64,000 bases of DNA from Mobula hypostoma (GCF_963921235.1 NC_086097.1:175214001-175278000), one strand, 5' to 3'. Shown: positions 38,908 through 51,650, counted from the first letter of the stretch. Notes: a model not told the origin generated them from the sequence alone. Numbers and translations: made by a program.

Positions 38908-39908
38908 GGTCTATTGTATCCTGTGCTCCTGGTGCTGCCTCCTCTACTTCGGTGAGACCCAATGCAGATTGGTGGACTGCTTTGTTGAACACCTTTACAG
39001 CCAGGATTTCCCGGTGGCCAACCATTTTGATTCCACTCCCAATTCCCATTCCAACATGTTGTCCATGGCCTCCTCTATTGCCATGATTAGGCCACTTGCA
39101 GGTTGGAGGAGCAACAGCTTATATTCCGTCTAAGTAGCCTCCAATCTGATGGCAAGAACATTGATATCTCCAACTTCTAGTAATTTCTGCCTCCCCACCT
39201 TTTTTTTTCTAAACCCTATTCTGGCTCTCCTCTTGCCCTTCTCACCTGCCCGTCACCTCCCTTTGATGCCCCTCCTCCTTACCTTTCTCCCATAGTCCAC
39301 TCTTTTCCTATCAGATTCCTTTCCTTCAGTCCTTTATCCTTTTCACATATTATCTTTCAGTTTCACTTCATCTCCCCTTCCCCCACCCACCTAACTACCT
39401 TCCCCCTCACCTGATTTCAACTATCACCTTCTAGTTCGTACTCCTTCACTTCCCTCACCTTCTTATTATGGCTTCATCTCCCTTCCTTTCCAGTCGTGAT
39501 GGAGTCTTGGCCCAAAACTAACTATTTATTCCTTTCCATAGATGCTGCCTGAACTGCTAATTTCCCCCAGGACTTTGTTTATTATTAAGCCAATGTACAA
39601 GTATTCTAGTCACCACAATCTACATGTATGTCATACAACCTCAGTGACCAAAAATTTACCCTTCAGTTGTGCAAGAATTACCAGTTTCTACGTCATCAGG
39701 GACACAAAAGTTAAATAAAAATACAGACATTTAATATAGTTGCATACAGTGGATGTAAAAAGGCACTCTGCCAAGCTACTGATCCAGACGATCAATGTAC
39801 AATTGCAAAACAAAAACACGACAAAACAAATTACTAACCCAACATTCACAAAGTAGTTGATTCAAAAGAGCTTTCCAATTAAGTATCAGAGATTGAATCA
39901 ATACTTAC

Positions 39909-39992
39909 TGGCCACTGAGGCTTTAGCCCCATGAGAGAAAGATGGTTTTGGTTCTGAAGAATTCATTCTTTCGTTGACTCCTGTCCAAGCAC
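39909..39992 (-). CDS. MTDH: Metadherin exon, probably an alternative cassette (84 nt, phase 1-1): (G)AWTGVNERMNSSEPKPSFSHGAKASVA
   Basis: Strong cttttgcag|GT acceptor and GCCA|gtaagt donor. Open and frame-preserving, in unique non-repeat sequence. Not in the canonical human protein as recalled. Confidence 0.75.
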
Positions 39993-40454
39993 CTGCAAAA
40001 GAACAAAGTAACATGATAAATTAGTCCGCGAATGAATTTGATTTACATAACACCTGCAGACTGATCAAAATATCTCCCAGTGCTTTAAAACATACAGATT
40101 CATTACAGCAAGGACCATCTTTAAAGAGAGAAGCAAATGACATAAAAAAGATCAAGAATATCTGAGATACAAGAAACTGCAGATGCTAGAAATCCAGAGC
40201 TATACAAAGGCACTGGAAGAACAGCATGTTAGGCAGCATCCATAGGGAGAAATGGACAGTTTGACATTTTGGATTGATGTCCTTCATCAGGACAAGTTCT
40301 ACACATTACAGCAATGAGGTTAAATATCACATAGTAGAAAAACTGCTTAATCTTTGCAAATAGCTCAATTTAAAAAAAATCTTTGGCTACAGAAAGGTTT
40401 TGAGTAGTCATAAAATCCTGATGTAGTAACTCTAAATTCCATCCTCTACTCAGA

Positions 40455-41090
40455 AGAACATAAAACAGTACAGCACAGGCCCCTTGGCCCACAATGTTGT
40501 GTCAACCATTTAACCTGCTCCATTATCAACCTAACCCTTCCCTCCCACATAACTCTCCAATTTCTCTTTCATCCATGTGCCTATTTAAGAGTCTCTTAAA
40601 TATCTCTAATCTATCTGTCTCTACCACTACCCAGGCAGTACATGCCATACATACACCATTTTGTAAAAAATCTGCCTCTATCAGTACACTATACTTTCTT
40701 CCAATTTACCTTAAAAATTCTGCTCTTTCATATTAGTCATTTCCACCCTGGGAAAAAGGTGCTGACTGTTCCCTATCAATGCTTCTCATCATCTTACCCA
40801 CCTCTTTCAAGTCACCCCTCATCCTCCTTCACTCCAGACAGAAGCCCAAGCTCACTCAACCATTCCTCACAAGACATGCTCTCTGGTCCAGACAGCATTA
40901 TAGTAAATCCCTTCTGCACCCTCTCTAAAACTACCATTTCGTTCTTTTAACGAATTGACCAAAACTGAACACAATACTCCAAGTATGGTCTAAACAGGGT
41001 TTTAAAACACTGCAACATACCTTGTGGCCCTTGAACTTAATCCAACACACCATACACCTTCTTAACCACCCTATCAACTTGTGCAGCACC
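40455..41090 (-). mobile_element. CR1 LINE 3' fragment
   Basis: acagcacaggccc... 3' end and aactgaacacaatactccaag core. Confidence 0.75.
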
Positions 41091-41331
41091 TACTCAAGTC
41101 ACTTTTCTTGACGAACATCAACAAGATCTGAGAAATGCTTGCAGCATGCCCAACATCATGTGGATGCAAGCCTGAAATTGTAGGTCACCCAAGCTTATTT
41201 GGAAAACTATAACAGGACAAGATTCAGATTTAGTTACCTTTACCAAACAGTACAAAACTATTTTAATTTAAAATAGGTAGAAATAATTAAAATCTTAAAA
41301 ATTAGAATAAACCTTCAACTCAAAGAATATA

Positions 41332-41902
41332 CAGCGGATTCCAACTAATTGGGACACAACGGGGCAGTATGTTTTGGCCCAATAAAGCACTGATCCAATT
41401 AGCCGAAGTTTCATGGAAACAGTTTAAGGTATATTTTTTAAAAAAAGACAAACCACCATACAATTGAGTAATAAATTATGAATTCAAATCAAATACAGAA
41501 CCAATTAGAACACTACCAAAACTACTATAGTGTTATTAAACTCTGTATTAGTTCCTTTCTGGCATCTCCAAACCTGAATGCTTGAAACCACAGAGGCCAA
41601 AACAGTTCTGAATTGTCTTGCTGCTCATTTGCCACTAGTGACCAGAAAAAAAATCACTGCTGTTTGAAAATACACACTATTTAAAAACTGTTTGCTCTAA
41701 GCAGTGTAGTGTCTAACGCCACAGTATGTGCACGCAACTGATGCTAGTTAGAAACTGTTCAGCAACAGTCTCCTGTCCCAATTAAGCAGTATAGTTGTCC
41801 AAAATAAACAAAAGGACTCCATTCAATTATTTTTTGTTAAGAGCTGCTCCAAATGAGTGGCTGCCTTGATCAACCGATGGCCCAATTTACCGGAATCCAC
41901 TA
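41332..41902. mobile_element. Tigger-like non-autonomous DNA transposon (MITE)
   Basis: Inverted termini TA|CAGCGGATTCCAACTAATTGGG and CCCAATTTACCGGAATCCACTA|TA. Confidence 0.78.
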
Positions 41903-43126
41903 TATTTTCAAACTGACAGCATGTGAAAATGGTAACTTGGAACAAGAACTGAATGTCATACTATAAGCAAAATTCCAGATCTTACTCACAAGGTAACAGC
42001 CAAGCACAGTATACTGATTCAGTATTTCTCATTTATAAAGCAACTGAAAAACACTTCAAAACCCTCTCAATTAGGGTTCCATTTCGTGCACCTTATGACA
42101 AAAATGGTGCCTCCTTGCTAACTTCTTTTTGTACCAGACTTGGAAATATCAAATCACAAGGTCACCTTCATTTAATCAGTGGAAGAAAAAAAAACTCAAA
42201 CAGCTGCTTCCTTCCAACACTTTTTCCAGCTCAAGGAACCCAATGTTTGATGAATGAAGATCTGCTTAAAGGCGTATTTATAATTGTGTGTCAATAATCT
42301 GAAATCAAAGGCACCCACACGGAGGAATGACCAGTATAATTCTATTATATCTTGCATTTTCAATGCTGCCCCACAGTACGCTTATACATAAAATGTAAAA
42401 GCATAATTAACACAAATGTACTTTCAGCAAATGGCCAGCAGCAAGATAGTGAAACGTCAAAATCCTAAAATCTATGGACTTTCTCTCTTTTGAAATTTCA
42501 CAACTATTGAATGTGACAGGATTCTTTTTTGGACCAGCAAGAAAACTAGCTAGAATTACTGGAAGTATAGACCCGAGATTGCAGATCCTGGAGTAATAAC
42601 AAGCAAACTACAGGAGCTCAGTACGCAAGGCAGTAACTGTGGAAGGAAATGGACATTATCCCAGAAACAATAATTACCTCATCAGGTGCTGCCTGATCTG
42701 CTGAGTTCCTCCATCAGTAGCATTTTGTTCTTAGAGGTGTTTTATTTCAGTGCAGCAATTGTGACTAATTTATTCTATTGTTTAAAGACTTTTCTATTAA
42801 TTATTCTGCTTATTATTTAAAGGTGAATTATTTTGGCCATATTCCAAATAAGAAAACTAATAATTAATAGATTTTCCATAAAAACAGAAAGATCCATACG
42901 ATTAGACAAATTAAATCCAGCTGATCTTGGAGTGCTTTCCTTTGTAAATCAGAGAAGCAAATGAATATTAAATATCTGGATGTGTATCAACTTGAGTAGC
43001 TCCAGTGTGTAATGTAGTGGCTATTTTAATAGTATGACAGCAGACCACAAGCCTTTTTTTTAAAAAAAAAACTCACTAGTAGATGTCACCACAGAAGCTG
43101 ACCTCATTCCTCTTCATTCCACAATA

Positions 43127-44877
43127 CAGTTGCAAATAAAAGTTAGTGAACTTTTGCAATTACCTGGTTTTCTGCATTAATTACTTATAAAATGTGGTCT
43201 GATCTTCATGTAAATCACAGTAATAGACAAACACAGTCTGCCTAAAATAACCCACAAAAAAAATCATTCTTTTCACATCTTTATAGAACACGTTGTTTAT
43301 CATTCACAGTCCCGGCTGGAAAAAGTACGTAAACTCTTGTATTTAATAACTGGAAGAACCTTCTTTAGCAGCAACAACTTCCACCAAACATTTCCTGTAG
43401 CCGCTGATCAGACTTGCACAACAGCGAATTTTAGACCATTCCTCCATATTTCTGGGATACCTGCATAAACAGCCAGCCCTCTTCAGTTCACGCTACAGCG
43501 TCTCAATTGGGTTAAGATCTGGACTCCGACTTGACCATTCCAAAACACAAATTTGCTTTTTAAACCATTCTATTGTTGATTTCGGATCATTGTCTTGTGC
43601 ATCATCCAACATCTACTAAATTGCAGGGGATGGACCACTACCCTGACGTTCTCCTGTAAAATGTCTTCATACAATTTTGAATTCATTGTTCCCTCAACGA
43701 TTGCAAGCACTCCAGGCCCTGAGGCAGCAAAGCAGTCCCAAACCATGATGCTCCTTCCGCCATGCTTCACAGTTGGGAAGAGGTTTTGGTGTTGATGTGC
43801 AATGCCTTTTTTCCTCCAAATATAGCGGTGTACACTTCTGCCAAAAAGTTCAACTTTTGTCTCATCTGTCCACAGAATATTGTCCCAGAAGCATTGTGGA
43901 ACATCCAGGTGGTCTTTTGCAAACTCGAGACGTGACACGATTTTTTTTTTGGAGCAGTGGTGTCCTTCCATGATACCATTCTTGTTCAATGTTTTTCTTA
44001 TAGTGGATACATGAACAAAGATTTTAGCAAGTTCTAGAGATTTCTGCAAGTCTTTTGCTGTTACTCATGTGCTCTTTCACCTCCTTCAGCATTGCACGTT
44101 GTGCTCTTGGTGTGATCTTTGCAGGCTGCCCACTCCTCGGGAGAGTAGCAACAGTACTGAATTTCCTCCATTTGTAGACAATTTCTCTTACTGTGGACTG
44201 ATGAATAATCAGGTCTTTAGAAATGCTTTTGTAGCCTTTCTCAGCTTCATGTATCTCTCCAATTCTTCTTCCAAGGTCCTCTGAAAGTTGATTTGATTGA
44301 AGCATGGTGCACATAAACTGATCTTTCTTGAGAAGAGCAGACCCTGTCAGTAAACTGATTTTGTATATTTTTTTTAAAAATAGGGTCAGTGCACCTCTAC
44401 AACCCACACCTCCAATCTCATCTCATTGATTGGAACACCTGACTGACTCTAAACAGCTTTTGTAGAAGGCACTACCCCAGAGGTTCACACACTTTTTTGA
44501 ACCTAGACTGATTGTTTAAATGGTGGACTCGGTATTGATGAGAAGAACAATTTTTGAGAGTTGAGTTTAGGCAGGCTGTTTTTGTCTATTATTGCGACTT
44601 TGATGAAGATATTTGAGTAATTCATGCAGAAAATTAATATGGGCCACACAGTGGTGAAGTAGAATCAGCACTGGGCACAGACGGATGGTCCGGAGTTCAA
44701 ATTCGGCTGAATCCCAACTAGGGAAGCAGCAATACCTGTGTGGAAGAAAGGCCAGGTAATCCACTTCTGTATCTTGACATGAAATCCCTATGGAAAAGTA
44801 CACTATTGGCAACTCGATGGCACTCAACAATAATGCAGAAAACCAGGTAATTGCATACAAGCTTTTTCTTGTAACTG
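43127..44877 (-). mobile_element. Near full-length Tc1 transposon with a frameshifted transposase pseudogene (~43330-44305)
   Basis: TIRs TA|CAGTTGCAA... and ...TTGTAACTG|TA. HTH region KGYKSISKDL and LPRSGQP. DDE region WTDETKVELFG and KHGGRSIMVWDCF. Confidence 0.92.
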
Positions 44878-44989
44878 TACATAGAGAGCATTCAACAGCA
44901 AAATCTAGTTCCTGTCATTAGCTAAAAGAACATAAAGTAATTAGCCAAATACTATGCCAGATGAGGTAGAGTTGCTACTTCATAGCTCA

Positions 44990-46410
44990 GAATCAGTTTA
45001 ATATCACTGGTTTTGTCATGAAATTTGCTGTTTTGCACCAGTAGTACATTACAATACATAATAATATCTATAAACTAAGAAATACAGTGCTCTGGTTAAT
45101 TGGGCCATTGGTTAATCAGGGCAGCTGCTTATTTGGGACAACTCTTAAAGAACAAAATCAAATCCAGAAAATAGCTGGGATTCCTTTCGTTTATTTGGGA
45201 CACTATGCTGCTTAACTGGGGCAGGCGAACAGTTTCTAATCCCTGTCAGTCGTGTGCACTTGCTGTGGGCATTAGATACTACACCATTCTTAGAGCAAAA
45301 GATTTTTAAAATAATGTCATTTGTGTGTATTTGTTTTCAAAAACGAGTAATTTTTGTCACTGGTAATTGATGAGTAATGAACAGTAAGCCAATTCAGAAC
45401 TTCACTGCAATTTCGAGCTTGGAAATGCCAGAAATGTCCAGGAGTGAAAATGAAACTATTTCACTACTTCAACAAGTTAGGACCTACGAAGAATTTGGAA
45501 GAATGGACAATCATCTTGAATATTACAATGAAAACAAATATTCATCAAAAACATTATATGAAAGCAGCTGATTATCTGCACTAGGTGTCCGTGCTGATTT
45601 TCTTTTATATAGTCAATCAAAAGAACACGTCAATGTACATTGAATTCCTGCACTGATAACTATTAGGAACTAATACAGTTTTGTAGTATTGTAGTAGTTT
45701 TGGTGGTGTTCTAATTTATTCTGTACTTCATTTAAATACATAATTTGTTACTTAGTTTGTCTTATATCTTTTTAACCATTTCCATGAAACTCTGGCAAAT
45801 TGGGACAGCCACTTCAATTACTGGTCCTGATATGTCCCAATTAACCGGAACCCACAGTATTTATAAAAAAATAAATTAAGTCGTGCAAAAAGAAAGCAAA
45901 AAAAGGTCAGTTAGTGTACATTGGTTCATTGTCCATTCAGAAATCTGATAGTGGAGGAGAAGCAGCTATCCTTAAAACGTTAACTGTGGCTTCACGCTCC
46001 TGTACCACCTTCTTGATGTTAATGAGAAGAGGGCATGTCCTGGGTGATGGGGGTCCTTAATGACCGATGCCATCTTTTTGAGGCATCACATTTTTAAGAT
46101 GTCCTCAATGCTGGGGAGGCTAGTGCCCATAATCAAGCTTGAATGAGTTTGCAACTTTCTGCAGCCTTTTCTGATCCTGTGCAATGGCCCCTCCATACCA
46201 GATGGTTATGCAACTAGTTAGAAAGTTCTCCAGGATACATCTATAGAAATTTGCCAGTCTTTGGTGACATACCAAAGTATCCTCAAACTCCTAATGAAAT
46301 ATAGGCAGTGTTGTGCCTTCTTTGCAATTGTATCAATATGTCCAGCCCAGGATAGATGTTCAGAAATGTTGACAGGCAGGAACTTGAAACTGCTCATATT
46401 TCCGCTGCTC
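44990..46410 (-). mobile_element. Rex1/Babar LINE 3' fragment interrupted by a MITE
   Basis: FKFLPVNISEHLSWAGHIDTIAKKAQHCLYFIRSL. Tail at ~44990. Confidence 0.8.
45085..45857. mobile_element. Tigger-like MITE, second copy, in opposite orientation to 41332-41902
   Basis: Termini TA|CAGTGCTCTGGTTAATTGGG and CCCAATTAACCGGAACCCACAG|TA. The body is reverse-complementary to the 41332 copy. Confidence 0.78.
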
Positions 46411-46973
46411 CAGGGATCCAATTCTGACCTCTGGTGCCATCTGTTTGGAATTTGCAGTCTCTCAGCGACATTGCCCTAGATGCTCAGGTTTTCTTCTGCA
46501 TCTCAGATAGAGCAAATTAACTCTCCACTGTAAATTGCCTGCAGTGTTTATGAGAGTGATGGGAATGTACTGGTATTAGTGTAGGATTAGTGCAAATGGG
46601 TGCTTGAGAATCAATGTGCCGCAGTAGGCTGAAGAGACAGTTTCTGTGCCAGGACAGATCTTTTGCCTTGCAAGTATTTACCTGCTGAACTGTCTGGAGG
46701 TTAATCAAATTGAGCTCCATCAGTTAGAGACTATATGATAAGGCCAATGGAACCAAGATCCTGGAACTTGCTGTGTACAAAACAGCTGTCATTACTCCTA
46801 CATTACAACAATGAAAAAAAAATCTGGAAAGATTTTTGTCAAATTACCTTGAAAGGTAATTTTAACTTTAGTTTAAAATGAAAGTAATTTCATATTAAAC
46901 TAAATAACTTCCTTCTCTCATTTGATCAATTGTAAATTCAAAGGCCCAGATTCAAAAGCAGAAGAACACTCAC

Positions 46974-47228
46974 CAATGCTGGGGAAAAGAGCATGCTCAC
47001 TCCAAGTCTCATCGACTAATGGCACAGTCCATTCTTTAGCCCCTGCACTGGTATCACCACGCTCCTGACCCCAAGCAGGCTGATCTGGGCTTCGTTTTGC
47101 ATTGGGCAGGACAGGAATTTGCTGCCATTTGTCTTCCTTGGTTGCATTAATCTGAGCAGGCAGTTTCGCAGGAATATCACACCAACCTCCTCCATTCACT
47201 GCTTGCTGTTCACCCCACCCAGGGGCAA
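46974..47228 (-). CDS. MTDH: Metadherin coding exon (255 nt, phase 1-1): (V)APGWGEQQAVNGGGWCDIPAKL...DETWSEHALFPSI(G)
   Basis: ttcttcaaag|TT acceptor and TTG|gtgagt donor. VNGGGW...WSxxxxFxxIG matches human VNGGGWNEK...SWSDRSIFSGIG. Overlaps ORF 46918..47199. Confidence 0.92.
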
Positions 47229-48107
47229 CTTTGAAGAAAAAGACACTTATTAAGCCTTATTAAAACAAAATAACAAATCACTAATTTCCAAGACATTAAG
47301 ATGTGTTTTACAACAGAAGGCTACATTGAGATTCATTGATAACAAAAATTATGATAGTTGTGGTCATATACAAATCCAGTAATAATCCAAGTAATTAATC
47401 CCATCTGTAAAAGTTGCCCATTTTGCCCTTAGGGGTAAATACAGAGGACTCCAACCAAATTTTTGATTGCTTCATCTACAGAGGTATACAAAATTATGAG
47501 GGGAAAAGATAGGACAAATGCATGCACATTTTTCTCCTCAGGATGGGTGACATGAGGGGTCGGAGATTTAGGGTAAAGGGTGAAATATTCAAGGGGAATC
47601 CAAAGGAGAACTTTTTCCACACAGAAGGTGGTGCGAGTGTGGAACGAACTGCCAACAGAAATGGTAAATGTGATTCTAAGAGAAGTTTTAATAGGTACAT
47701 GGATGACAAAGGTTTTAAGTGATATGGTATGTGCATAGGTAGATGAAAATAGGCAGAAGATCAGATTAGCATAAACAAGATGGGCTAAAGGACCCGCTTC
47801 TGTGCTATAGTATTCTATGACTCAATAACACCACCCCTCCTTCAAATCATCTTCTGCAGTACACTAAACTATATCTAGAATAAAATTGATTAAAAAAAGC
47901 TATGGAAGTTCAATAATTAGTATTCAGAATACAGCTAGAGATGAGAATTTACACAAACACTGCTTAATGGAAGAAGCATGCCACTTCATTACATTTTTGC
48001 ACCTCAGAGCACTGAATCATTCAGCACATTCACCTCACCTCATACTGGATTGCATACTATTTCCTACATCAAATCACTGTTTAGTTGACCTTGCACTAAT
48101 AACCAAC

Positions 48108-48299
48108 CTGATGCTTCAACTGCTTTGGCCTTCCGTGGCCCAAGCCCGGATGAGGCTTGTGGGTGCTGCTGAGCAGAAGATCCTTCAGAACCACCTGCTG
48201 GAAGACTGGAATCCATGGACGAAGGAGGATCACTTATTCCTTTATCGCGTCTGCGTTGTTGTCGCTTTTCCCGGCTACTGATTTTGGTTTCCCATGCAC
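48108..48299 (-). CDS. MTDH: Metadherin coding exon (192 nt, phase 1-1): (G)AWETKISSREKRQQRRRDKGISDPPSSMDSSLPAGGSEGSSAQQHPQASSGLGPRKAKAVEAS
   Basis: tatag|GT acceptor and TCAG|gttggt donor. GAWETKISxREKRQQRxRDK is nearly identical to human MTDH. Confidence 0.93.
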
Positions 48300-49569
48300 C
48301 TATAACTCAATCAAAGTAAACCCCATAATAAATATACATATTCTCTCACCCTCTGCCCCGCCTACTCAAGTGTAGTGGGATGAACAATCAAAGATTAAAA
48401 AAAACAAAGCCAAAAAGGCAGGGTAGTCAATCTAATTGTACAGAGCTGGTTCACTCCTGGCCAGCTCACATCCTCAAAATCTCATGGGCCTTAAATTTAG
48501 TAAGTTGGTTTATTACTGTCACATGCAAAATCTTTGTTTAGCATGCCAACTATACAGATCATTTCACTTCAACAGTTCAGTGAGGCAACAAGACCATAAG
48601 ACACAAGTAGAATGAGACCATTCAGCCCATCAAGTCTGCTCTGCCATTTATGTCTGATTTATTTTTCCTTCTCCCCATAATATTTGACAACCTTACTAAA
48701 TCAAGAACCTATCAAACTCCACATTAAATACAGCCATACAGAATGTGGCAATGAATTGAAATTCACACACTCTCACTAAAGAAGTTCCCCCTCATCTTTG
48801 TTCAAAAGGGACATCCATGTATCCTGAAGCTGAATTCTGGTCCAAGACACTCCCTCTATTGGAAGTACAAGTGAAAATGATAGCAGAATGCAGACTGAAG
48901 TGTTACAGTTACAGAGGAAGTGCAGTGTAGGCAGATAATAAGGCCATAACGAGGTAGATTGTGAACTCAAGAGTCCATCTATTATACAAGGAGACCATTC
49001 AACTGATCATCCAACACATTGCTCTCTACTTACTGGGTTGCATGAATGTTGCCGCATCAGGTGTTTATTGTCATGAAAATCCATTCTCGGTGAGCAACCT
49101 CCTGATTGTACCGCTCTGATCTTAGACCCCAGATGAGACTTGCATGTGCTGCTGAATACGAATTACATGATCTGGATGTACCCTGCAGTCTTACAGGGTC
49201 TCGACCTGAACTGTCGGCTGTCTCTGACTCCAGATGATACTTCACCTGACATCTTCCAGCAGTGTTGTGCTCTGTGGTCTCTTATTTGGCTCTCAGCAAC
49301 TGAAGTGCTTTGCATTGCAGTTCCAGCCAACTTGTACTTCCTTGTCTTTATTCATCTTCCTCAATCCACACTTCCTCCAGACAGTTCAGCTGCAATTAGT
49401 AAGGTTTCACCACTCAGCGAGCACCACTGCCTTTCATCTCAATTGAGCTCTTTTGCCAGACGTTGTCCTTGGTTTTCTCCACTTCTCCCCTTTCCCGAAG
49501 GGAAAGTAAAATTTATTATCAGATGTATATACTACCTTATGCTACCTTGAGATTCATTTCCTTGCATGC

Positions 49570-51521
49570 TTGTTACCAACTTCATTAAAACCTGTGTTAA
49601 TGAGTGTGTGCCCACAAAGACTTACTGTACATTCCCAAACCAAAAGTGGTGAAAGAACCAGGAGGTACATCGTCTGCTGAAGGCTAGATTTGTGGCATTC
49701 AAGTCTGGTGACCCAGGCCTATACCAGAAAACCAGGTATGATTTGCGGAGGGCTATTTCAAGGAAGAAGAGACAATTTCGGATGTCGCCTCCAACATCAT
49801 CGGATGCACGGCAACTCTGGCAGAGTTTGCAAGATATTACTCCCTACAAAGTGAAACCCAATAGTATGAAGGCAGCGATGCTTCACTACCAGATGAAACT
49901 CAATGCCTTCTATGCCCGCTTTGAAAGGGAGAACACAACTAGAGCTGTGAAGATCCCTGCTGCACCTGATGACCCTGTGATCTCTGTCTCAGAGGCCGAT
50001 GTTAGGCTGTCTCTAAAGAGAGTGAACCCTCGCAAGGCAGAAGGACCAGATACAGGACCTGGTAAGGCTCTAAAAACCTGTGCCAACCAACTGGCGGGAG
50101 TATTCAAGAACATTTTCAACCTCTCACTGCTACGGGCAGAAGTTCCCACCTACTTCAAAAAGGCAACAAATTATACCAGTGCCCAAGAAGAATAATGTGA
50201 GCTGCCTTAATGACTATCACCCAGTAGCACTCACATCTACAATGAAGAAGTGCTTTGGAGAGGTTGGTCATGACTAGACTGAACTCCTGCCTCAGAAAGC
50301 ACCTGGACCAATTGCAATTTGCCTATCGCCACAATAGGTCAAAGGCAGACACAATCTCAATGACTCTTCACAAGGCTTTAGAGCACCTGTACAACACAAA
50401 CACCTATGTCAGGATGCTGTTCATCGACTATAGCTCAGCATTTAATGCCATCATTCCCACAATCCTGTTTGAGAAGTTGCAGAACCTGGGCCTCTGTACC
50501 TCCCTCTGCAACTGGATCCTTCACTTCCAACTGGAAGACCACAATTTTTGCGGAATGGTGATAACATATCCTCCTTACTGATGATCAACACTGGTGAACC
50601 TCAGGGGTGTGTGCTTAGCCCACTGCTCTACTCTATATACACATATCTATGTGGCTAGGTATAGCTCAAATACCATCTGTAAATTTGCTGATGATACAAC
50701 CATTGTCGGTAGAATCTCAGGTGGTGACGACAGGGCGTACAAGAAAACGTCAGTAAGACGAAAGAGCTGATTGTGGACTTCAGGAAGGATAAGACGAAGG
50801 AACACATACCAATCCTCAAAGACGGATAAGAAGTGGAGAGAGTAAACAGTTTCAAATTCCTGGGTGTCAGGATCTCTGCGGATCTAACCTGGTCTCAACA
50901 TATTGATGTAGTTATAAAGAAGGCAAGACAGTGGCTATATTTCATTAGGAGTTTGAAGAGATTTGGCCTGTCAACAAATACACTCAACCTCTGTAGATGT
51001 ACTGTGGAGAGCACTCTGACAGCTGCATCACTCTCTGGTTTGGGGTGGGGAGGTCCGAAAGAAGCTGCAGTAGGTTGTAAATCTATTCAGCTCCATCTTG
51101 GGTATTAGCCTACAAAGTACCCAGGACATCTTCAGAGAGTGGTGTCTCAGAAAGGTAGCATCCATTATTAAGGACATCCAACACCCAGGGCATGCCCTTT
51201 TCTCACTGTTACCATCAGGTAGGAGGTACAGAAGCCTGAAGGCACACACTCAGCGATTCAGGAACAGCTTCTTCCCCTTTGCTATCTGATTTGTAAATGG
51301 ACATTGAATCCTTGGATACTACCTCACTTTTTAAAAAAAATATACAGTATTTGTTTTTTTGCATGTTTTTTTAATCTATCCAATATATGTATACTGTAAT
51401 TGATTTACTTATTTATTATTTTTTTTCTCTCTGCTAGCTCATGTACTGCATTGAACTGCTGCTGCTAAATTAACAAATTTCACGTCACATTCCTGTGATA
51501 ATAAACCTGATTCTGATTCTG
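49570..51521 (+). mobile_element. Rex1/Babar LINE, 5'-truncated, with frameshifted RT
   Basis: ORFs with [24 protein letters not shown] and [14 protein letters not shown]. aataaacctgattctgattctga tail. Confidence 0.92.
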
Positions 51522-51650
51522 ACCTTGTACTCAACGTCAGTAAGACCAAGGATTTGTGGATCTCAGGAAGGGGAAGACCAAGGATTCAACGTCAGACCTT
51601 GTACTCAACATCAGTAAGACCAAGGATTTGTGGATCTCAGGAAGGGGAAG
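51521..51650 (+). repeat. 56-bp direct duplication with an 18-bp templated spacer
   Basis: gaccttgtactcaac(g/a)tcagtaagaccaaggatttgtggatctcaggaaggggaag occurs at 51521-51576 and 51595-51650. Confidence 0.9.

Larger units (their letters stand above)
33720..39580 (+). mobile_element. Penelope-like element split by a Gypsy insertion (pieces 33720-34263 and 38908-39580)
   Basis: The left piece ends ...ttccaggtgagacaattcttcacatgtgattc (FQVRQxFTC). The right piece resumes tattgtatcctgtgctcc...ctctacttcggtgagacc (YCIxCS..LYxGET). Confidence 0.85.

Noticed and set aside
47830..47900. Strong acceptor-like site (ttttattctag, minus strand) as a missing MTDH exon
   Set aside because: An in-frame TAG follows after three codons, there is no good donor, and there is no similarity to MTDH.
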